DNA of 63,991 nucleotides, the filler included, from Diploschistes diacapsis (taxonomy: Eukaryota), in NCBI GenBank assembly GCA_023645945.1. It is 5 parts of 5 records of this genome, joined end to end, with 100 filler letters (N's around TTAATTAATTAA, not from the genome) between each part and the next. Parts side by side here need not be neighbours in the genome. Positions count along the whole stretch, not along the records: positions 25,038 to 56,276 come from JALAIB010000118.1; positions 56,377 to 63,991 come from JALAIB010001264.1; 3 more parts are not named here. One strand, written 5' to 3'. How positions within the stretch are numbered: the stretch's first letter is position 1; every line of letters begins with the position of its first letter. The translations under genes were made by a program, and so were the position numbers. This document shows positions 50,925-60,897 of this stretch, one piece after another. The notes beneath the pieces are model-generated. The model saw only the letters and a program-made list of their open reading frames with translations, was not told where the DNA came from and searched no databases.

Positions 50925-51799
50925 TGTGACATAGGCTGGAGGTGGGATAGCAAAGGCTTTAAGTAGAGAAGCAGGCGGTAACTATCAATGTGTAGGCACT
51001 GTGTTGAAAGTTTGGCAGAGGTTGAAGTGGGAGAACGATGTCGTATCGCTTGAGCGATTGAGATCAAACATTAGCTATAATAGACTCAGCGTGTTGACAA
51101 TCGGGTGGATGTGCCGCTGATTGCTATCAGAGCCCCGCTGCTGCGTGGGCAGAAGGGAATCGTTATATCGTCGAGCTAGGCTTACCACGGAACGTAAATA
51201 GGACTTAAAATCACATTATCAAGTCCTCCAATACGGGACTAGTAGCACAAGGCAGCACTCGAGGCTTCATTCGACCTAAGGTGCGCTTTGGGTTGAATGA
51301 TGACTTTTTCCAGTACGTTCTTTTTTGGTTCTGTGACACCATCAAGGACCTAACTTTTATCCAGCGGAAGCATTTCCGACGCTGGCAGTGTAGGCTTGCA
51401 CTACGCTACGGCTTCGTGGGATGATGCTGCAGACCGATGGATGTGAGTTGATGCGCAGTCGATCTTCTTACCTCCGTCTCGTAGATCACGTGCTTGGGAG
51501 CCTAGTATGGCCCTGAACCCTGATCGAGTGTTAGAAAAGATACAACCTTTTGAACTTCATATGGGATCTGCGCCTAAAGCATTGCTTGGAGAGAGTGCGG
51601 AATACTCGCAGACAATACCGCTCTGCACTTCGAAACTAGACAGCTGATTGACGTTAGACCGTCAGCCGTTCCTGGTCCGACCCACCGCCTTACAAACCGA
51701 CGTATCAGCAACACCCATCAGACAACGCAGCTACCCCAAACCCCAATCTCCAGCAACAATAAACAGTATCATGTAGCCTCTAATCCAAAACTACCCCAA

Positions 51800-52779
51800 C
51801 ATACGACTTCCATCAACCCAAAGGCACCACCCCTCCTCATTTCCAACCCAATAATCCTCTTCGTCGCCGGTATATGGCACTTCCCCGCCTGCTTCTTCCC
51901 CCTCCGCTCCGCCCTCTTCCGCGCCTCCTACCGCAGCGCAACCGTCTCACTCCACAGCGTCGGCGGCGTACCCTCCGCTAGCACCTACGCGCAGGACTGC
52001 GACAAGCTCCACGCTCGAACTCGTCGTCGCCGAGGGCAGAGATGTCATCGTGGCGCTGCACTCTTACTTGGGGCTGCCGGGCGTGGAGGTCGTGGTATGA
52101 CTCAAAAAAAGAAGGTGGGTGAGTAGGGGCGGGGAGGGAGGGGCAAGGGCCGTGGTGTTTATGGTGGCGTATGCGGTGCCGCAGAGGATGGCGTAATGGA
52201 AGTGCTGAGCTGAGAAGGCCAGTCCGTTTGCGAGAGTTAATATAGGTTGAGCCGATTTGTGCGTGGGCTTAGAAAGGCACGTTGGCATTCGGTCTATTCG
52301 GGAGATGAGTTCCACATCCCTGCGGCAGCAATAAACTTGATACACATAGTTGGGAATGGGGGAACTTATCGGCTACTCTACTACAAGAGCGCAGGACGAA
52401 GACTCCCGCACCGTCCTCGGCATCGATCCAGAACCCTACTGCTACCACGACGCCCCCCCCCACCTCAGAGCGCAGCTCCCGCACGACTTCGGGTTAATTC
52501 TAGAGCAAAGCAGAAACGCTGTGCTGAATGAAGTAAGACAATGGACTAGAGCCATGGTACCTGGTGTGCGAGAAGGACCGCGTGGTGCCGCTGCAGCTGC
52601 AGAAGGAGATGGTTCGGGATGCGGCCAGAGCGGATGGGCGGACGGCGGACGTGGAATGTCGTGAGGTTGCAGAGCTGGCACAGTCCGTGGCTGAACAGGA
52701 TCATGGAGACGGGGGTTTTGAAGAGGGCGGCGGAAGAGAGGATGAGATGGTCGTAGAGAGGGTGGGCCTTGAGACTTGA
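51800..52779 (+). pseudogene. Alpha/beta hydrolase (Abhydrolase_6, methylesterase-like) pseudogene
   Basis: IILFVAGIWHFP, RDVIVALHSYLG (nucleophile elbow), DPEPYCYHD and WYLVCEKDRVVP lie in different frames with internal stops. Ends are approximate. Confidence 0.65.
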
Positions 52780-53005
52780 ACTAGAGATGGGTGTGATTAT
52801 GGCGGTGCCATAAGAGTTTGTGGATGGAGTGCAGTACTGCCTGGGTTTGTAGATGGTGGTCTGCTGGAGAGCGATGGAGTGGAGTGGAGTGGAGTGGATT
52901 GAATCATGATGTCGACCCTGGCAATTGAAAAGTTTGACTCACTTTCTAAAGTTAATTACAGTTCTTCTATGCACCCTAGGTTATGATACACATTATACAA
53001 GGCCG

Positions 53006-54109
53006 TCACTCCCTTGCACGATGCCCTAACCCTGAGCTATGCTCCACATGACGACTAACTTTCGACCAATCTATGCTGTCCCACCATTTTTCCAGATATT
53101 TCCGTTTGCCTGCAAACCCAAACTGCTCCAGGTATACATGCGGCCACACATTAACACATAACAGAGGCTCAATGTCCGCAGCGCCTGCCTGAACTTGTTT
53201 CCCCCCAGTCCTATCGATGACTCTGCCTGAATTCTGAAGACCAAATGTAGCTATCTGTCCCTTGTTTCGTGCCACGTACGTTTCTGCCTTCTCGCCAGGC
53301 TGGGCCATGTTGTCGATTGTGTTCATGTCATCGGACTGTTTACGCCAATGCGCTCCGGCATACGGCGATCCAGCTAGGTAAGTGTTGAGAATGGCGAGGG
53401 TTTTGGAAGAACCGGTGGCATGGGGTTCGTTATGGACTACTAGCCATACGAAGCCGGGTCCAAACATGCTCTCCGCAGTTGCGAGCATGGTCTGTCGGAG
53501 GGATTCTAGAGAAGAGAAGGATTGATTAATAGCTCTGAGAAGATGATCAGGTACTGCAGGTGATTTCGCAGACTGTTGAAAAGGGTGTCAGTTTATTCAC
53601 ATGCTTGACCACCTTTGAAAGACGTACGATCGTTTGAAAGAAAAAGTCATTGTTATGAGCCATTGACGCATAGTTGAATAGGGCAGCTCGAGATGGATCA
53701 CGAGCGGTTTTGATTGCGAGGGCTTTTGGCATGACATTCTCATAGGATGTGCCTGCGAGGGTGAGCCGGAAGTACTTTTTGTAGTGCGATAGAGTCTCTA
53801 CCTGCGGTCAACCTGTTTAAATTCTCGACAACCCAGCCTTGATAGCCAATCCAAGCTGTCTGAAAGGCTCGCGCATTCAGAAATCCGTATCCACCATCTT
53901 TGCGTCGCGCTCCCTGCGGAAGCGCTGGTACCTCATAGATCGACCTGCATTGACCGCGCTGTAATCGAGGGCCCTGTTGAAGCCATTGATAGTTCCGGCA
54001 CTTTCCTGTCAGTCAAAGGCTGTCAATGGGTGAAAGAGTAATGGCTAACTGGGAACGCTCCTACGGCAGGCCGAGATTGCAGATGCCGTAGGCCTATAGA
54101 TATTCTCAT
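53006..54109 (-). CDS. RSM26: Mitochondrial small-subunit ribosomal protein of the Fe/Mn-SOD fold (mS42/Rsm26-like), multi-exon
   Basis: FQTAWIGYQGWVVENLNRLT, ALFNYASMAHNNDFFF, FGPGFVWLV, LNTYLAGSPY and PLLCVNVWPHVYLEQFG..GKRKYL..WW; SOD metal ligands are not conserved. The Arg-rich, acid-poor N-terminus suggests a mitochondrial presequence. The start and first intron are less certain. Confidence 0.8.
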
Positions 54110-54700
54110 GGAGAATGGGCGCTCAAGCAATAAGCCGTACCTTTGAGCAGTAGCTGAAGTATAACCTACAAAACAGACACCTTTCGTACAAATGCTCTTC
54201 AATCGATCTTGACATATTTTTTTAGCGCTGACACGATCGACCAATGGGACGCGTTGGATATCAGACCTTTGTTTGACCTCAAACCACCTCTTGCCGCCCG
54301 CTGCTCGGCTATTCCTAGACTTACTTTCCTATCCAACCGCCAGACCTGTCGGCCTTCCAGTGTTTGATTTAGTCTCCAAATCTACTTCATTCTTAGGCCT
54401 GCAGCTTTGTTTATCTTCTGAGGGCGCGTCGGCTTTTCGCGATATGTGTTGACCAGAACAATAACTACAGCACGCTGAGCAAGCTCGATGAGCCAGCTCG
54501 ATGACCCATAATAGACTTGCCATTGACTAACCATGTGTTTCCTTCTTTCTATTTTGGTCCATGCCATGAAAGATGGTGTTGTTGATTTGAACACTTTCAC
54601 TTCCTCTCCCTTTCCTTTGTCCTTCACTTCTTCCTTGTCCGGGTGACAACAACAGTTATACATATTACTTCTATTGCTACTGCTTGGACTCATCGCCATT

Positions 54701-55867
54701 ATGGTGCCCTTCTCAACTCTTCCCTTGGCTTTGGCCTGCCTATTACTGTCTTCACTTCAACTAGTCATGGCTCTACGAACAACCGTTGAAGCCGCCCAGG
54801 CAGTCGGGCTCGTGCCGAGAGCTGCTGTCTGCGGTGGAGACCAAGGTCTATCTCAATGTGGTAGCAGCTTTCCATCGAGCTTTTGTTGTAAAAGCGATAC
54901 CAAATGCTTTGGGTTTAATAATAATCAAGGGGTCATCTGTTGCCCAGAAGACAGCTGCGCTGTCACTAACCCATTATCTTGCGACATACAAATCTACAAT
55001 GCCACGGCGAACCCTTCTAGTCCCATGCACCTGTCCGACCTCAATGCTCAGCTACAGTCTTGCGGTACGAGCACGTGCTGTCCCCCAGGATACACATGTC
55101 AAAACCAAAATGAGTGTGTCCTGAACACTTTGGTGGCATCGATAAGCTCCGTGGCCAGCACAGCAAAGTCGACGTCTGTTCCCACGCCCACTGCCGTAAC
55201 AGGAATCTCGGCATCAATCACATCCGCTCCACCATCTGCCACCTCAAACTCTGCCATCTCAGTGAGCACCAACGGCGCGGCAGCGGCCTCCTCTAGTACA
55301 GATCAGTTTCCAATCCAAGCGGTATTGGTTGGTCTATTCCCTGGCTTAGTTGGCGGCTGTCTGCTCGCTTTTCTCTTCGTCCTATGCCTTGGGCGCCGCA
55401 AGTCGAATCACAAGCCTGACGACGACACGTCCTCCTTCGGGCCGGTGGCTGCGAAAGTCTCGGACCCAATTTACATGGACAGCGCAACCCGCACCGACTT
55501 TCTCCGCTACCAACGCTCCAGTCGTTCTCCGCAGGGCTCGACAAGCACCTCGCCAGTTTCCCGTGTCCGCTCTCTATTCCGCAAGACGCCATCTTTAAGT
55601 CCAGGTCAATTCGGGGAACAGTCCTCGCCTCGTGGCATGGGAGATGTAAGCACACCACCGAGGCAGATCCGACGCGAGCCGAGTATGGAAAGTATCAAGA
55701 TTTACAGCCCGCCCGATGCTCGCTTCGGTCGGAATACAACCTTTGGAGATCTCCTGAAGAATGCGGTTCCAGATGCTTCGGCGCCGCCGACCGTGCCGCT
55801 CTATATGGGTAGCCCTGGTATGGTGGATCCGAGAAGTAGGGGAGTGGATGCCGGTAACCTGAGATGA
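54701..55867 (+). CDS. Single-pass membrane protein: signal peptide, Cys-rich ectodomain, Ser/Thr stalk, TM helix, cytoplasmic tail (cell-wall-sensor-like)
   Basis: Hydrophobic N-terminus, many Cys including three CC pairs, S/T-rich linker, TM helix AVLVGLFPGLVGGCLLAFLFVLCL followed by GRRK, and tail motifs KVSDPIY, RTDFL and RNTTFGDLL. Confidence 0.85.
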   Translation: MVPFSTLPLALACLLLSSLQLVMALRTTVEAAQAVGLVPRAAVCGGDQGLSQCGSSFPSSFCCKSDTKCFGFNNNQGVICCPEDSCAVTNPLSCDIQIYNATANPSSPMHLSDLNAQLQSCGTSTCCPPGYTCQNQNECVLNTLVASISSVASTAKSTSVPTPTAVTGISASITSAPPSATSNSAISVSTNGAAAASSSTDQFPIQAVLVGLFPGLVGGCLLAFLFVLCLGRRKSNHKPDDDTSSFGPVAAKVSDPIYMDSATRTDFLRYQRSSRSPQGSTSTSPVSRVRSLFRKTPSLSPGQFGEQSSPRGMGDVSTPPRQIRREPSMESIKIYSPPDARFGRNTTFGDLLKNAVPDASAPPTVPLYMGSPGMVDPRSRGVDAGNLR

Positions 55868-56276
55868 GAGGGTTGCATAGACGGGGGGTGGTAGAAGGCT
55901 CCGAGGCTCTTTGCTTGCACTAGATACCACTTGGCGTTGGGCATGCTTGCTTTGGAGGTTCGCCTTTCTACTTTTGGGGTTAGTTTCGACCCTGTACATA
56001 GCTTAATGATGAGGCTAGCGAATCGGGATGCTGTAATTCTGGAATTTCATGCTCCTTAAAGTTGTCCCGCAGCTCCTCTGCTCCGATTGTTTCACACACT
56101 TGCTTTGACCATCGCACCCAAACGTCGATAAGGATCCACCGACAAAGTAGCCTAAACGGGGTGCAGAGTACAGCATGGAATTGGGCCGCGACATAGGTAT
56201 CATCCAGAGAAACCGCCAAACAGAAAGCACGGGAACCACGGCCCGCGAAGCTCCGCAGAGCCCAGCACAATACCCC

Positions 56277-56376
56277 NNNNNNNNNNNNNNNNNNNNNNNN
56301 NNNNNNNNNNNNNNNNNNNNTTAATTAATTAANNNNNNNNNNNNNNNNNNNNNNNNNNNNNNNNNNNNNNNNNNNN
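56277..56376. other. Assembly gap linker
   Basis: Same N-TTAATTAATTAA-N construct. Confidence 0.97.
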
Positions 56377-57229
56377 GAAGGGGCAAATGAGTGGTAGAGG
56401 GTCGGCTTGAGGATGATTAACACGGGATGAAGATGGAGACGAGAAAGCGTGTTGGGTTATTGGTTTGAGGGAAATAAATGGGTGGGAAGAAGCGTCAGAG
56501 AAGTATCGTGGGTAGAAGTTACTGCGGATTCAAATTTAATGAAATCCACCCCTTAGCCAACCATTACGTGCACCTCCACCACCTTGGGTACTATGCTACT
56601 TCCATACCTCACAAAAATCCACACTTAATCTCCTATCCTCCACAATGTGCTAACCGTGTTTCGCCAAACCCACATTCAACCTCCTACACTCCAAGATGAC
56701 TACTTCACGGACCCCACAATAGCAATTCCCAATCACCAACCTAAATAAAGGTAATTCTGACTCGGGTGCCTTCCGTTCCCCCTCAACCGTCGGGTAGAGC
56801 ACTCCAATTAACCTTTCTAAGCAAGGAAAGAATCGCGGAACCTGTCGCTCCAGCTCCGAGTGCCGTACCTAGTTTAATCGAACAGCACAATAGCCTCTGG
56901 ACCCCTGAGCGTCTTTTGGCTTTGGACCGAAGCTCCAAGCTGAACATTGTCAAAGCGAGGGGTTGACAGAACGCAGGCTGTTGCTCCATTCAGGGAGGGG
57001 GTTGTTGCGTGAATCGATAGCGGTTGTGTTTCTCAGCCCTTCTCATCGCGTTCCTCCTTCTTACTCTGCTATCCGGTGAATCAGAAGGCGTTACTCGTTG
57101 TCGAAGTTTTTGTGGCATTGATCAACGGCTGTTGTGTCTATTACTTTTTCCTTCATCCTTCTTCCTTCCTTCCTTTCTTCCTGGTGGAACGTAAAGCGCT
57201 ATGCTGTTCATAGGGTCTCATTACCACGA

Positions 57230-59210
57230 TCAGAAGCCATTAAATATTTTTGGCCTTTCCTCCCTTGCCTCCCTTCTGCTTTCTCTCTTTTCCAAGAAGG
57301 CTTGTGCCTCCTCCGTACTCAACTCCCGGCCCTCGGCTTCTTGCGGTTCCGTGGCATTAAGTTCTGCAACCCTGACGATACCTTCGTCGGCCTCGTTAAA
57401 CACCCTGTCATTGGAGTCGGCCTCATGATAGAAGTTTGCCTGTCGCACCTGCTGCGTCAAGCGGGGCTCTGCCATGTCACTCCATGTCGAAGAAGGTAGT
57501 TCTGCTTTTTCGAAGTGACCAGTCACATCATGCCCTTGAGCGGCTACACGACGCCTACGTCGTTTCACGAGGCAGGTGACGATGACCGCAATCAACAAAA
57601 TCAGGACGGCAGCACCACCAGCAGCGATACCTGCTATAGCTGGCGTGGAGAGGCCACCGGACGATCCTGAAGGTAAAGCACTGGCGTCCGCATTAGAAGT
57701 ATTACTTGCTGTCGCGGTGGGAACAAGAGGGAACGACGTAGGCTGTTGTTCCCGTGGCACTGTCTTTGAAAAAATCGCTGTCAGTTGGCTATTATTGAAG
57801 CCGGCTTTGGGCCCTTTCATGGAACTCAAGCCGCGGTAGTCCCCACCAATCACGTTATAAACGGCTTGCGGTACGCTGTAACTGCGCTGAGGATTGAACT
57901 GCGTCTGAAAAGTAAACTGCGTCGTGTCGATTATTGCAAGGGGCGGGTGGGAGGCGTTACAACCATTTGCATTGACGATGGCTCCGTTCCCGGTTGATTC
58001 CTTCATGAGGCCACCAAGAACGATCATCTGTGCGTCGTTCCAGACAGCGCAGGAGTGCTCCCAACGGCCATAAGGGTCGGCATCTTGAGGAGTGACGTTG
58101 ATCCACTGGAACGAAGGTACACTCAACACGTACATGTCGTTTGCTGGATTTCCAAAGCGAAGGTTGTATCCGCCATATATAGTGATCTGGAAGGAAGAGT
58201 CATCAGGGGCTGCAGAAACACCCGCGCACATGTTAATGCGTCCAACAGGGACATCGCCAGTAGCGGTGACATTGAACCAAGTACCAGATGCGATGTCGTA
58301 GACAAAAATCTGGGACATGTCGCGGTACGTTCCGAGAGTATTGCTACTGAATTCCGAGTGGTCGTTAGGGTCAACGCCGCCAAAGGCTATCAAGACGCCA
58401 GCCCCTCCAGATCTGACGTAAACCATCTCCGCTGCACTCAAAAGCGGCGCGCCCGCCGTATCCAAGGTCCATTTGGCAGGAATTACAGACGTATCAAGCA
58501 TCTGAAGCCCTGGGCTTGCGATGTCGCGCGATACAAGATCACGCCTTGCGAGAGCACTGTCTGGCGTTCCTAAATAGAAGGACTTGCCCGCAACCGCATT
58601 GCTTGTCCATCCACCTGTACTCGGCGCGGCAGGGTTGGCGCTTGCGCTCGCCACTGGAATATCTTTCCAGCTCTCCGTCGAGACATTATATGTCCAGATG
58701 GTCTCGCTGGACGTGTCGGCCGGGTTATAGAAATATAATGTCGTATTGTCGGAAAAGAGCGGGGCGAAGTCGACGTTATAAGGTACACCACCCGGCATAT
58801 GAATGGCCTCATAGACACCTTCCGCCAACGTAGCATTGCCAGGAAAAGTCTGATTCAAATTGACGGAGTACAAGCTAGGCTCTAGGTCAAGTCAGTCTTT
58901 GAACCTAGAGACTGGCGACAAACAGACCTCTGGCTAAGGTGTCACCATCTTGAAAGGAAAATGAGCCTCCAGAGATAAACATGCGGCCGCCCACAATGGC
59001 GACTTGATAAAGCGTTAGCACGACGGTCATTGAGCATGATGCAAACAGCTTACGAGATTCGGCAGTGACCTCGCAAAGATCTCCACTTCCTCGCTTTGTG
59101 AGAGTGTCGGCCAGCTCAGCCTTTGTCGAGACACTCATTCCTACAAGACACAAAGGGGGAATGATGTCTCTCAAGATTGTCCTCAGCGCTAGAGAATGCG
59201 GATTCCACAT
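57230..59210 (-). CDS. Kelch/galactose-oxidase-type beta-propeller single-pass membrane protein, 3 exons
   Basis: GVLIAFGG, IFVYDIASGTW, APDDSSFQITIYGG, YVLSVPSFQWI, QMIVLGG and YSVPQAVYNVIGG; TM helix AIAGIAAGGAAVLILLIAVIVTCLV followed by KRRRRR. Introns are 59003-59053 and 58882-58927. Confidence 0.88.
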
Positions 59211-60897
59211 GTCATCCAGCTTGCCCAGCTTCAGAAGCCACGAAGTACAGGCTTCCTAATTATGTTGTGCGTGACATCTCCGCCGTCATTAGTAGTTGCT
59301 GAGGATTTGCCTTTGGGAAGTGAAAGACTCAAAGCTCATATTCATAGCTGTCTTTTTTGATTGAATTGTAGTCAACTCCATCACGGGAGCTTTCATGAGC
59401 AACACTTGAACTCGATTGCATCTGCCGGAATGCAAAAAGAGGACAAATCTGCCAAAGAAAAGAAGACAGAGAGGTTCGAGGCTCGAGGCTCGAGGCTGAG
59501 GAATTGCAAATAATGAGATGAGGACAACACCAATACAAACCCCCTGTCATCAGCATTCGGGCAATGGGAAGCATGGTATTCCAATTCATAGTGGCTGCCG
59601 GCTGAGACTTACCTCTGTACAGCCCAAGCTTTGCTACTGGCTTGGCCATACAACATTATAGTTGGTTGGTTGGTTGGTTGGTAACTTCTGTCTAGCCTCA
59701 GAGTTTTCAAGTTGGCAGCAAAAGTTGCTTAGTAAGAGGCACTCTTGACCTCGGGGTCTGAACAACTTTTATCCATCCAGCCTTTACACTATTTATATGA
59801 ACACTATATACACTACACAACTAAGTTATACGAAGTAAACTATAATTGGTCGTCACGGTGGTTCTTAACCTTTAAACACCCGAAACGCTCCCGAGACACA
59901 CACCATTTCACAACTGATTGACTTCACCCGAGGTTCTTCCAGTACTCCCCGTGACACCTCGTTGTTGTGCGTTACGATGGTATAGTATGGTATAGTATAG
60001 GGTCTTTGCACTCTTATCTGTATGTATGTATGTACATGCATGACATCTTCAACGGTGATATCTACTTGATACTTGCGTAGTCGAACCGGTACTCTGTGCA
60101 TCATACCAAGAATGGCAGCAGGAAAGTCAGCCGGCTTGAGAAACGGGCATGGGAATGCTTGAACTTTGTACTATCGATAACTAGCTCCCACAAGAAAGCC
60201 AAGTGCACTGCCCTATGTCCTGCGTCCTGTGTCCTGTGTCATGTCCTGTTGCAAGTGTGTCGATCAAAAGCTACTACATTCGGCATGGCACTGCCATGCC
60301 GACGTTTATCTGTAATAAGCCTAGTATTAACTCTACTACTACTCTGAGTCTGAGGCACGGTCGAAGCCAACCTCCCTTCTTCATCCTCCTGCAGCATGCC
60401 ATTGGTCTTTAGCCTCCTGAATAGCAACGACTTGTTGCCAGCAGTCAGGGAGTTATGCCTCGTCTGCTCCTTCGTATCCCCGTCTTACCACCCTGATTGG
60501 ATTCCAGGCCAATCTAGCCGCATTGACCTGGGCTAACGGTACGTTGTAATTTCCATCTACAGAGTACAGTGCTACACTAACCGCATCTCCTTGGGCGAGC
60601 AACAATGCGAGCGTGTCTCGCACTCTGCCTTTCCATACCGCTACCGGAATTCTCTTCTTCCCGCAACATCTCCTCTTCCTTCCCCATCTTAACCTATCCA
60701 GCGATTCATCCACATCCCATCAAGGTGGCATTTTCTGTTTCTGTCTGCGCTGTTCTATCTGCCGCCCATCCAAGTTTGAGATCACAGCATCACAAAGCTT
60801 GCTCAATGGCCTGTCTATGATACAGACTGAACGATCGGTAGAGGGGAAATATTAGCAAAAAAGGTGGTGGTTGAGAGACAAGCGGACGGATCTCACA

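Noticed and set aside
53006..53732. Fe/Mn superoxide dismutase call
   Set aside because: The SOD metal-binding signature (DxWEHAYY) is replaced by NVWPHVY, which matches the SOD-fold mitoribosomal protein instead.
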